Shown piece by piece: positions 30,057 to 39,700 of a stretch of DNA of 64,000 nucleotides. Origin of the DNA: an uncultured Planctomycetales bacterium (GTDB lineage: Bacteria; Omnitrophota; Gorgyraeia; Gygaellales; Profunditerraquicolaceae). Below the pieces are notes generated by a model. It was not told where the DNA came from. It saw nothing but the letters and a program-made list of their open reading frames with translations, and ran no database searches. How positions within the stretch are numbered: the stretch's first letter is position 1; each line of letters starts with the position of its first letter. The position numbers were made by a program, and so were the translations under genes. The stretch lies in assembly GCA_964427405.1 (NCBI GenBank), contig CAYRUB010000008.1, positions 31,428-95,427 of the forward strand, given 5' to 3'.

Positions 30057-30128
30057 TAGCGGGTGACGATGGATGGACTTGAGTACGCTACCTGCGGCCG
30101 AAAGACAGACATCGGCAGGACCCGCTAA
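30057..30128 (-). repeat. AGCGGGT…ACCCGCT long-stem intergenic element, copy 1 (between the TM1266-like stop and the hydG RBS)
   Basis: Terminal arms tagcgggtg / caggacccgcta, internally homologous (tctttcggccgca…tcaagtcca) to the copy at 55959-56028. Confidence 0.5.
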
Positions 30129-30380
30129 TTATTCAGATTTACTTAATCCTGATTTCACCGACACCCCGTTGATCTTGCCCAGCTTGCCGGTTAAGGCGCC
30201 CAAATCATCAGTAGTCGCATTTACAATCAACACGATTACGCTTAATTCTCTCTTTACATGGGGAATGCCCATGCGGCCGATAACTAAATCGCCGAATTCC
30301 GTCAAAATATTGTTAACCAGCGGCGCAGCCTTTTTACGGTTATGAATAATTATCCCCACAAATCCTAAACGCTTTTCCAT
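30129..30380 (-). CDS. Small ACT-like protein of the TM1266 family (putative iron-only hydrogenase system regulator)
   Basis: 83 aa, FVGIIIHNRKKAAPLVNNILTEFGDLVIGRMGIPH. Sits directly upstream of hydG-hydE-hydF, as recalled for TM1266. AAGGAGG RBS. Confidence 0.45.
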   Translation of the reverse strand: MEKRLGFVGIIIHNRKKAAPLVNNILTEFGDLVIGRMGIPHVKRELSVIVLIVNATTDDLGALTGKLGKINGVSVKSGLSKSE

Positions 30381-30407
30381 TTTTTCCTCCTTCAGCTTAG
30401 GGACAGT

Positions 30408-30435
30408 TCTGCTTTGAGTTGAGAACCGTCCCTAC
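30408..30435 (-). promoter_or_regulatory. Hairpin with TAGGGAC(A/G)G arms in the 5' UTR of the TM1266-like gene
   Basis: ttagggacagttct-(loop)-agaaccgtccctac; 13-bp stem with one G-U on the minus-strand RNA. About 25 nt before AAGGAGG-ATG. Confidence 0.35.
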
Positions 30436-30440
30436 TAATA

Positions 30441-30490
30441 AAATCCCAACCCGTCAGCAATATAATCCTGCAGAAAGGTTGGGATTTTGT
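30441..30490 (-). terminator. Probable intrinsic terminator after hndD
   Basis: Perfect 12-bp stem AAAATCCCAACC…GGTTGGGATTTT followed by ATT on the minus strand, directly after the hndD stop. Confidence 0.4.
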
Positions 30491-30556
30491 CTTTATCCTC
30501 CCTTGGGTATAGAGTCGTTTACACGATCCTTACCGCAGGATTTATAATCTTATTTC

Positions 30557-32308
30557 TTATTTTGCGTAAATCGGCCTCGCCTTATAATGCACATGCAGAA
30601 GTTTTTCCGACTTCTCGCTCAAAGGCTTGCCTAAAAATTCCTTATAAATTCTTTTTATGTAAGGGTTCTGATGGCTGCAACGAATCTGCTTTTGCTCATC
30701 GTCTTGATACAAAGCCTGCGCCCTTTTAATCCTTAATTCATCGGTAACCATATAAGGCTGTCCGCCGCCGCCCACGCAGCCTCCCGGACAAGCCATAACC
30801 TCAATAAAATGATACGGCATTTCTTTATTATTAAGCTTGGCATCGCGTACCTTATTTAAAATATATTCCACATTACCCAGACCGTGAGCAATAGCAATCC
30901 TAAGCTTCTTGCCGCCAACTTCAATCTCAGTTTCCTTAACACCCTTTAAGCCGCGGACACTAACAAACTCCACATTCTTTAATTCTTTACCAGTAACAAA
31001 ATAATGCGCAGTCCTTAAAGCTGCTTCCATTACACCGCCGGTAGAACCAAAAATAACCCCTGCTCCGGCATACTCGCCTAAAATACTATCGCACTCCTCA
31101 TCGGACAGAGTATCAAAATCTATGCCTGCCTGTTTAATCATGCGCACCAACTCCCTGGTACAGAGAACTGTATCTATATCCTGAAAGCCTGAAGCAGACA
31201 TCTCGGCATTCCTGGTAATCTCATATTTTTTGGAAGTACAAGGCATAATTGAAACCATAAAAATCTTGGCAGGGTCAATTTTATTCTTCTCTGCATAGTA
31301 CGTCTTGGAGAGTACCCCTAAAATTTCATGCGGGGATTTACAGGAAGAAAAATGTTCAATCATATCCGGATAGAACTTTTCCATAAAATCTACCCAGGAA
31401 GGACAGCAGGAAGTAATTAAAGGCAGCGGCCTATTTCCATGCAAAAGCCTCTCCTCAAATTCACTCGCCTCCTCCATAATCGTAACATCAGCAGCAAAAG
31501 ATGTATCGAAAACCGCATGAAACCCTAAACGCCTTAATAAAGCGTAAAGTTTCTTGGTGAAATTCTTGCCTACATAACCAAATGCTTCTCCTATAGAGAC
31601 CCTCACTGCGGGAGCAATCTGCACCACGCAATATTTATCCGGATCCATCAGCCCCTTCCAGACTTGAGCTGTATGGTCCTGCTCAACAAATGCACCCGTG
31701 GGGCAATGCGCTGAGCACTGGCCGCACTTAACGCATGGAGAATCAGCTAATTGGATATCTCCTGCAGGAGATATCCGGGTTTTCATCCCTCTTTCCAAGA
31801 ATGACAAAGCCCAGACATCCTGTAATTCTTGACATACATGCACGCATCGGCCGCAAAGGATACATTTTTTAGGATCAAGATCAACAGCCTTGGTCGAGGT
31901 ATCTATCGGCAAATCTCTTAAATACTGCGGGAATGATTCATCTTTAATTCCGAAATCCGCGGTAAGCTTTTGCAACTCACACTGGTTATTCCTGGCACAC
32001 TTAAGACAATCATTGGGATGATTTGATAAAATAAGCTCGATTACCGTCCTGCGTATTTCAACTATTTCCGGGTCATGCGTAATAATATCCATCCCTTCAT
32101 CCAGCGGCGTACAACAGGAACGCAACATCTTATGCGAACCTTTATTCTTAACAATACAAATACCGCAGGATGCCGAAGGAGGCAGGTCCGGATGCTTGCA
32201 AAGAGTGGGTATTTTTATCTGCACTCTCTTAGCTGCCTCTAAAATAGTTGTGCCCTCTTCCACTCTTAACAAAATTCCGTTAATTTTTGCCTTAATTATT
32301 TTTGCCAT
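30557..32308 (-). CDS. hndD: [FeFe]-hydrogenase catalytic subunit (HndD/HydA type, N-terminal [2Fe-2S] plus [4Fe-4S] domains)
   Basis: All three H-cluster motifs are present: L1 TSCCPSW, L2 MPCTSKKYE, L3 EVMACPGGCVGGGGQP. N-terminal 2Fe-2S ferredoxin-like domain plus CxxCxxCxxxCP ferredoxin motifs. Confidence 0.85.
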   Translation of the reverse strand: MAKIIKAKINGILLRVEEGTTILEAAKRVQIKIPTLCKHPDLPPSASCGICIVKNKGSHKMLRSCCTPLDEGMDIITHDPEIVEIRRTVIELILSNHPNDCLKCARNNQCELQKLTADFGIKDESFPQYLRDLPIDTSTKAVDLDPKKCILCGRCVHVCQELQDVWALSFLERGMKTRISPAGDIQLADSPCVKCGQCSAHCPTGAFVEQDHTAQVWKGLMDPDKYCVVQIAPAVRVSIGEAFGYVGKNFTKKLYALLRRLGFHAVFDTSFAADVTIMEEASEFEERLLHGNRPLPLITSCCPSWVDFMEKFYPDMIEHFSSCKSPHEILGVLSKTYYAEKNKIDPAKIFMVSIMPCTSKKYEITRNAEMSASGFQDIDTVLCTRELVRMIKQAGIDFDTLSDEECDSILGEYAGAGVIFGSTGGVMEAALRTAHYFVTGKELKNVEFVSVRGLKGVKETEIEVGGKKLRIAIAHGLGNVEYILNKVRDAKLNNKEMPYHFIEVMACPGGCVGGGGQPYMVTDELRIKRAQALYQDDEQKQIRCSHQNPYIKRIYKEFLGKPLSEKSEKLLHVHYKARPIYAK

Positions 32309-32310
32309 AT

Positions 32311-34053
32311 TTACTTTTTATTGATTGCCTTAAATTTACAAACATCAAAACATCGTCCGCACTTTACACATTTATCCTGAATTACGGAATAACCTTCTTC
32401 TTTGCCGCCGATGATTGCCTTTACCGGGCAATTATTAAAACAAATCCCGCAACGTTTACACTTATCCTCGATTATACTATAAGTTACCAGGCTGCTGCAC
32501 TTTCCCGCCGGGCATCTCTTATTTAAAATATGCTCATTATATTCCTGCTCAAAATATTTTAAAGTCGAAAGCACTGGATTTGAAGCAGTCTGGCCTAACC
32601 CGCATAAAGATGCCTTCTGCATAGCCTGAGAAATCCTGCGTAACTGCCCCAGGTCCTCCGGTATACCCTTGCCTTCGGAAATTTTCTTCAGGTAACCAAG
32701 CATCTGGAAGCCACCGATACGGCAGGGAGCGCACTTTCCGCAGGATTCCTCCACGCAGAAACCCAGGTAAAACTTAGGAATATCTACCATACAATCATCA
32801 TCATCCATAACAATCATCCCACCTGAACCCATAATCGAACCTAACTTTTGCAGGTTCTCATAATCCACCGGCGTATCTAAAAGCTCCTCGGGAATAACCC
32901 CTCCGGAAGGCCCGCCTGTCTGCACCGCTTTTATTGGCTTACCAGAGAGCGTGCCTCCACAGATATCCATTACAATCTCTCTTAAGGTTGCCCCCATAGC
33001 AATTTCTACCAACCCTGAATTTTTAACTTTCCCGGTTACCGCAAAGACCTTTGTTCCTTTCGAAGTTTGAGTACCTATTTGCGCAAAATATTTTCCGCCC
33101 TTAATAATAATTACAGGTATATTAGCCAGGGTCTCAACATTATTAATAACCGTAGGCTTACCCCACAATCCTCTTACCGAAGGATACGGCGGACGGGGAT
33201 GCGGAGTCCCTCTCTTGCCCTCTATAGATGAAATCAAAGCGGTTTCTTCACCGCAAACAAATGCGCCGGCACCCAATCTTATATCTATGTCCAAGCTGAA
33301 AGAGCTACCCAGAATATTCTTTCCCAATAGCCCATAATCATAGGCCTGTTTAATTGCTTTCTCAATTCTTTCTACTGCCAGCGGATATTCCGCGCGGATA
33401 TAAAAATACCCTTTAGAAGCCCCGATAGCAAAAGCAGCAATGATCAAACCTTCAATAACCGAATGCGGGTCGCCCTCCAGGATACTCCTATCCATATATG
33501 CTCCGGGATCTCCTTCATCAGCATTACAGATAACAAATTTCTCAGTTGATGCAACCTCACGGGCAAAATTCCATTTCATCCAAGTAGGATAGCCGGCACC
33601 GCCTCTTCCTCTTATACCGCTGATCTTTAACTCTTCAATCAACTTTTGCTGGCCTAATTCACCAAGTACTTTTTTTAAAGCCAGATAACCGCCGCAAGCG
33701 ATATATTCCTCAATACTCTCCGGGTTAATCTTGCCGCAATTGCGCAAAACAATCCGGTGCTGTTTGGCTTTAGGTTTAAAAACCAAATCCTGAATAACTT
33801 CATTTTCCTTTAAAACAGCGTCAATTATTCTTTTAATATCTGCATCTGCAACATTAACATAAGTAATTTTATCCGGGAGGACCTTAATCACCATTCCCTG
33901 ATCATACACACCGATATCCGCAACTCTAACCACCTGGATCTGATCAAGTAAATTAGTCTGGCGAAGATAATCCAACAAGCGGGTATAAAAATCCCGCGTT
34001 TTATCTTCTCCCTTTGAATCCGTATCTTTTACTAAAATAACTTTGGTGTACAT
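32311..34053 (-). CDS. hndC: NuoF-like NAD(P)H-binding flavoprotein subunit (HndC/HydB) with C-terminal 2x[4Fe-4S]
   Basis: GRGGAGYPTWMKW FMN/NADH motif; C-terminal CKRCGICFNNCP and CVKCGRCFDVC. Confidence 0.8.
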   Translation of the reverse strand: MYTKVILVKDTDSKGEDKTRDFYTRLLDYLRQTNLLDQIQVVRVADIGVYDQGMVIKVLPDKITYVNVADADIKRIIDAVLKENEVIQDLVFKPKAKQHRIVLRNCGKINPESIEEYIACGGYLALKKVLGELGQQKLIEELKISGIRGRGGAGYPTWMKWNFAREVASTEKFVICNADEGDPGAYMDRSILEGDPHSVIEGLIIAAFAIGASKGYFYIRAEYPLAVERIEKAIKQAYDYGLLGKNILGSSFSLDIDIRLGAGAFVCGEETALISSIEGKRGTPHPRPPYPSVRGLWGKPTVINNVETLANIPVIIIKGGKYFAQIGTQTSKGTKVFAVTGKVKNSGLVEIAMGATLREIVMDICGGTLSGKPIKAVQTGGPSGGVIPEELLDTPVDYENLQKLGSIMGSGGMIVMDDDDCMVDIPKFYLGFCVEESCGKCAPCRIGGFQMLGYLKKISEGKGIPEDLGQLRRISQAMQKASLCGLGQTASNPVLSTLKYFEQEYNEHILNKRCPAGKCSSLVTYSIIEDKCKRCGICFNNCPVKAIIGGKEEGYSVIQDKCVKCGRCFDVCKFKAINKK

Positions 34054-34070
34054 AAATTACCCCTTAGCCC

Positions 34071-34418
34071 TTAAGCTAAAACCTCAAAAATAAAATCATT
34101 AACCAACCTTTTAGAGATGACATGCTTTTCCAATATCTTGGTTGCCACATCCTTATTTACCGAACCATAAATTACCGACGGTAGCCCTTCCACGTTCACC
34201 TCGACTAACGGTTCAGCATAACAGGCTCCGGCGCAACCGCATTTTTTAATTTCAATCTGCAGGTTCCTCTTTTTAACTTCTTCCGCAAAAAAATTAAAAA
34301 CTTCCTCTGCCCCGGCAGCGATACCACAGCTGCTCATTCCCACTTTAATCCAATCCTTGGGCTTATCGCTGGAAGCCTGGCTCATTTTATCTAAATCATC
34401 GGGAGTCAATTTATTCAT
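34071..34418 (-). CDS. Thioredoxin-like [2Fe-2S] ferredoxin subunit (HndB-like)
   Basis: 115 aa, GMSSCGIAAGAEEV…CGCAGACYAEPLV four-Cys pattern. The same domain is fused at the N-terminus of the 36771-39917 protein. Confidence 0.55.
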   Translation of the reverse strand: MNKLTPDDLDKMSQASSDKPKDWIKVGMSSCGIAAGAEEVFNFFAEEVKKRNLQIEIKKCGCAGACYAEPLVEVNVEGLPSVIYGSVNKDVATKILEKHVISKRLVNDFIFEVLA

Positions 34419-34424
34419 CTTAAG

Positions 34425-34898
34425 CTATTCCTCTTTAATATACTTAGACAAGATATCCGCAACCTCATTCTTCTTCACCTTGCCGTACACTTTATTATCA
34501 ATCATCATTACCGGAGCTAACCCGCAGCAACCTAAACACCTGACGACATCCAGATAGAAGAGCCCATCCTTAGTCGTCTGACCTTCCTTAATACCTAAGA
34601 TGTTCTTTATTTCATTCAGGATTACCTCTGCACCCCGCAGATAACAAGCTGTACCCATACACAAAGCAATCCGGTGCTTGCCGGGAGGAGTTAACTTGAA
34701 AAAATTATAAAAAGTAATTACCTCGTAGATCCTGGCCAAAGGGATATCTAACATTCTGGATAATTCCAGAGACAGCTCCCGCGGCACATAACCATGATGA
34801 TTCTGAATCTCATGCAGGATCATGATTAGGTTACCTTCTTTACCCTTCCATTGCTGGACAAGGCTGACTAATTCCGGATTAAGCTTTTGATGTTCCAT
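34425..34898 (-). CDS. hndA: NuoE-like [2Fe-2S] subunit (HndA/HydC)
   Basis: 157 aa, CMGTACYLRGAE…VRCLGCCGLAPVMMI NuoE cysteine pattern. Confidence 0.75.
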   Translation of the reverse strand: MEHQKLNPELVSLVQQWKGKEGNLIMILHEIQNHHGYVPRELSLELSRMLDIPLARIYEVITFYNFFKLTPPGKHRIALCMGTACYLRGAEVILNEIKNILGIKEGQTTKDGLFYLDVVRCLGCCGLAPVMMIDNKVYGKVKKNEVADILSKYIKEE

Positions 34899-34991
34899 GT
34901 GTAAATAATTATAGGGTATTTTCTTGCTGGGTTTACCTTGATTAGAGTAAGAATTTTACCACAATTTTTCTAAAAGGCAAGAAAAATTTTA

Positions 34992-36770
34992 CTAAAACGC
35001 TCCTTCTTTTTGTTTATAATGCGTATGCAATAGATGATGCGACTTTTCTCCCAGGGGCTGGCCCAGGAACTCCTTATACAATGCCTGCACCGCCGGGTTT
35101 TCATGTGATTTCCTAAGAGGCTTATTTTTATCCTCGCGATAAATCGCTTCCATTCTTTTTAACCTGATTTCGTTATTTGTAGGAATCGGCTGACCCGCTC
35201 CTCCTAGGCATCCTCCGGGGCAAGTCATAATTTCGATAAAGGCATAAGGAGAACTGCCAAGTTTTACCTCCTCTAATAATACACGCGCCTTACTTAAACT
35301 GCTTGCCACCGCAACCTTTAGTTTTAATCCATCAATATCCACCTCAGCAACCTTAATCCCATCAAGGCCTCTTAACCCAAAAAAATCGAGTTTCTCCAGT
35401 TGCCTGCCAGTAAGCACCTCATAAGCTGTCCTTAAGGCAGCCTCCATTACTCCTCCGGTTGCCCCGAATATTACCGCTGCTCCCGTAGAGATACCTAAAG
35501 GCTCATCAAAATCCTCTCCCTCAAGATTAACAAAATTTACCCCTGCTTCTTTGATCAGGCGGCTGGCCTCCCGGGTGGTCAAAACAAAATCCACGTCATA
35601 AAATGCTTCGCTCTCCTTAAGGCTCAATTCGTCTTTCCAATAATTAAACGCGCTTTTCATCTCCGGGCGTAGCGCTTCAAATTTCTTAGCGGTACATGGC
35701 ATAATTGAAACAACCACTATATTTCTTGGGTCAATATTGAACTTCTTGGCGTAATAAGTCTTGGCAACTGCCCCAAACATCTGCTGGGGAGATTTACAAC
35801 TGGAGATATGCCCTAATATCTCTGGGTAAAAATGCTCGGCGAATTTTATCCATCCCGGAGAACAAGAGGTAATTAACGGAAGGGAACCCTTATTCTTAAT
35901 CCTATCAATTAGCTCATGGCCTTCCTCCATAATCGTCAGGTCTGCGGAGAACTGCGTATCAAAAACTTTGTCAAAACCTAACTTACGTAAACTTTGAGCT
36001 AACTTTCCCGTAACCAAACTGCCTGCGGGCATACCAAACTCTTCGCCAATCGCTGCCCTTACCGCCGGAGCTACTTCCACAACCACAAATTTATTAGGAT
36101 CAGCTAATGCGCGCCAAACTTCTTCCGTAGCATTCTTTTCAGTGATTGCTCCGGTAGGACAGACTAAAAGACACTGGCCGCAGTTAACGCATACGCTATT
36201 TGCTAAACCCTGATCAAAAAATGTAGCTATCTTGCTAGACTTGCCGCGTCCGGAAAAATCAATCGCTTTAACACTTTGGATGGTGGAACAAACGGAAACG
36301 CAGCGGCCGCATAAAATACATTTGTTGGGATCCCGGGATAAAGATACGGAAGTGGTATCCAAAGGCAACTCTATTTTTGCTGTCTTGGGGAATCTCACTT
36401 CTCTTACCCCCATATCAAAAGCCAGTTTTCTCAACTCGCAAGACTGATTTCTGTCGCAGACAAGGCAATCTTTGGGATGCCCTGCCAAAAGCAGCTCTAA
36501 ATTCAACCTTCTGGCATTCCTTACGCGCGGGGTATTAGTAAAAATCTCCATGTCTTCTCTTATAGAAGTAACGCATGAACGCAGCAGGGTTTTAGCTCCC
36601 TTAACTTCCACTAAACAAATTGAACAGGCAGCCTCCTGGTTGATATCTTTTAAATAACAAAGCGTGGGGATATCGATTGCGGCTTTTGCGCAAGCCTCCA
36701 AAATAGTCAGGCCGGCATCACATTCATAAACCTTGCCGTCAATTTTTAAAGAAACTTTTTTTTCTTCCAT
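34992..36770 (-). CDS. Second [FeFe]-hydrogenase large subunit (HydA2) with a Cys-to-Ser change in H-cluster motif L1
   Basis: L1 reads TSCSPGW (codon TCT where the paralog has TGY Cys); L2 MPCTAKKFE and L3 EIMTCPGGCLGGAGQP are intact. Same N-terminal FeS domains as hndD. Confidence 0.8.
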   Translation of the reverse strand: MEEKKVSLKIDGKVYECDAGLTILEACAKAAIDIPTLCYLKDINQEAACSICLVEVKGAKTLLRSCVTSIREDMEIFTNTPRVRNARRLNLELLLAGHPKDCLVCDRNQSCELRKLAFDMGVREVRFPKTAKIELPLDTTSVSLSRDPNKCILCGRCVSVCSTIQSVKAIDFSGRGKSSKIATFFDQGLANSVCVNCGQCLLVCPTGAITEKNATEEVWRALADPNKFVVVEVAPAVRAAIGEEFGMPAGSLVTGKLAQSLRKLGFDKVFDTQFSADLTIMEEGHELIDRIKNKGSLPLITSCSPGWIKFAEHFYPEILGHISSCKSPQQMFGAVAKTYYAKKFNIDPRNIVVVSIMPCTAKKFEALRPEMKSAFNYWKDELSLKESEAFYDVDFVLTTREASRLIKEAGVNFVNLEGEDFDEPLGISTGAAVIFGATGGVMEAALRTAYEVLTGRQLEKLDFFGLRGLDGIKVAEVDIDGLKLKVAVASSLSKARVLLEEVKLGSSPYAFIEIMTCPGGCLGGAGQPIPTNNEIRLKRMEAIYREDKNKPLRKSHENPAVQALYKEFLGQPLGEKSHHLLHTHYKQKEGAF

Positions 36771-39700
36771 TTATTTGCCTTCTTTAACATCACACCTTAA
36801 GCATCTGCTTGCTTCAAAGCGGGCTTGTTTTAGTGATAACCCTAAAGAAACTTCCTTAAAATTATTCCGCCGTTTATTTATTTCCAGCTTTTCGCCATCT
36901 AATTTCTTTGACACCTTTGGTTCTAAGGGAACTTCAGATTTATAAGTAAATTGACGGAATAATTCGGAAAATCTTTCTCTTGAGCTTAACGCCAGGTCAA
37001 TTATCCTGGCAGCTTTCTTACCGTCAGACATTGCCTCAACTGCAGTCGCCGGCCCCATAGCTAAATCGCCGCCGGCATAAACCTTATCCAAGTTGGTTTT
37101 TAAATCAAACCTGCCTGCCTTAACTGTCCCATTCTGGTTAATCAGAATGCCACAACTCTTAATAAATCCTGCGTCTACCTTTTCTCCGATTGCTAGAATT
37201 ACAGTATCGCAAGGAATTTCAAAAACCTCATCAGTAGCTACAGGCCTTCTCCTTCCGGAAAGATCATAATCTCCTAATGTCATCCTGGTTACGATTAAAC
37301 CTTCCAATCTGCCGCGGGAATCCCCCTGTATGGTTTTAGGGCTGGCTAAAAATATAAACTTAACACCTTCAGATTCGGCCCCTTTAATCTCATCTTTATT
37401 TGCCGGCATATCTGCTTTTTCCCGCCGGTAAACAATGGTCACCTCGCTGCCGAACCTCAAGGCTGTGCGTGCGGCATCCACTGCGACATTACCGGCGCCA
37501 ATAACTACTGTCCTTTTACCGATAAGCGGATCCCTGCCGACTGCCACATCCCCCAGAAAAGCAGTGCCTGATAATACTCCTTTTAAACTTTCTCCCGGAA
37601 TACCCAAACCCATATTTTTATACGCCCCGGTTGCCAACAATACCGCATCCGACTCTTTAATCTTTTTATCTAATTCCTGTGCGCTGATTTTTTTGTTGCA
37701 TAAAATCTTTGCCCCCATCTTTTGCACAAAAGCAATTTCTTTTCTTAATACTGCCTTGGGAAGACGATATTCGGGAATACCATAACGCAAAACCCCGCCG
37801 GCTTCAGGATTAGCTTCATACACGCTCACATCATGGCCAAGCCGGCTAAGATAAAATGCCGCGGTTAAACCGCAGGGGCCTGCACCGATAATAGAAATCT
37901 TCTTGCCGGTCTTTGGCAGCCTTTCTTTGGCTAAGCGCTCAATAATCTTTGCATCTTTGCCGCCTTTATATACCTGATCCGCAATATATCTATGAATTTC
38001 GCCTTGCGAAACCGGATAATCAATATCCTCTCTGCGGCAGCGCATCTTACAATGAAAATGACAAATCCTTCCGCTCGAAGACGGAAAAGGATTATCCCGG
38101 ATAACGCAATCAAAGGCTTCGGCCAATTTGCTTTCTTTAAATAATTCCAGGAATCCCGGGATATTCATATGTAATGGGCAACTATTTTCACAAGGAGAAA
38201 CAAAAAGACCCACACATACCCCGCCGTCACAACGCTGCTCTTTGATATGTTCTTCATATTCGTGCTTAAAATATTTAAGAGTAGTCAGCACGGGATTTGG
38301 ACTGGTTTGCCCTAACCCGCAAAGGGCAGTATCTTTAATCACCGTCCCTAAATCTTCTAAACCCTGAATATCGCCTTGACTGGCTTTACCCTTTGTAATA
38401 TTAGTCAAGATATTTAAGCTTTGGGTCAGGCCTTCCCGGCAAGGCGTACATTTACCACAGGATTCGCTGGTGGTAAACTCCGTAAAATAGCGCGCCACAT
38501 CAACCATGCAATTATCATCATCCATTACCACCATTCCACCAGACCCCATGATCGCCCCCAAAGAGGCCAAGGTTTCATAATCAATCGGAGTATTAAATAA
38601 TGAAGCGGGGATACACCCTCCGGAAGGGCCGCCGCTCTGCACAGCCTTAATTTTTTTATTTGTGCCAGTTCCTGAGCCAATATTATAAATAAGTGTCTGT
38701 AAAGAAGCTCCTAAAGGTAACTCCACCAACCCGGTATTCTTGATCTTACCTACCAGGGAAAAAACTTTAGTTCCAGAGCTATTTTGAGTACCGGTCTGCG
38801 TAAACCAATCAGCGCCTTTTACCATAATAACCGGAATGTTACTCCAGGTTTCCACATTATTAATATTAGTAGGTTTATCCAGATATCCTTTTTGCGCAGG
38901 AAACGGCGGACGGGGATGCGGCCTTCCTGATTTACCCTCAAGCGAAGAAATTAATGCTGTTTCTTCTCCGCAGACAAATGCTCCCGCACCTTCTACCAAT
39001 TTAAGGTCAAAAGAAAAACCGCTATTAAATATATTACCGCCTAATAGGCCAAGCTCGCGGGCATCAGAAATTGCCTTTTTTATCCGCTCTACCGCCAAAG
39101 GATATTCTGCGCGTACATAAATAACACCGCTAGAAGCGCCCATCGCATAAGCGCCGATAATCATCCCCTCTAAAAGCATATGCGGGTCGCTCTCGCTTTC
39201 ATTACGGTTCATATACGCACCGGGATCGCCTTCATCGGCATTACAGATAATATATTTCTCCTCAGCATTCTCTTTGCGCATTAATTCCCATTTTATCCCT
39301 GTAGGAAAACCTGCTCCTCCCCTACCTCTTAGTTTTGATTTCTTCACCTCTGCAATTACAGCTTCCGGTTTAAGATCTGTTAAAACATTCAGCAAGGCCT
39401 GGTATCCGCCTACAGCAATATACTCTTCTATATCTTCGGGGTTAATCAAACCGCAATCCCTTAAAACAATTTTTTTCTGCCATTTAAAAAACGGGATTTC
39501 ATCCCAAGCGGGTATCTGTTCAAACCCCTTACCGTAAGAAACATGTCCAGTAAGATGATCCCATGTCTCAATTTTACATAAAGCCCTTTTAGGATTAATA
39601 TTACTGCTGGATATCTCCCTAACTATAGAATCTGCGTCTTTAGGCAAGACGCGGCTTAAAATAACTAACGGTTTGCCGGGCAAAGTAATATTAACTAAGG

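Noticed and set aside
34947-34964. Rex-like site GTAAGAATTTTACCACAA upstream of hndA
   Set aside because: Only about 9/14 half-site matches. Mentioned, but too weak to call a feature.
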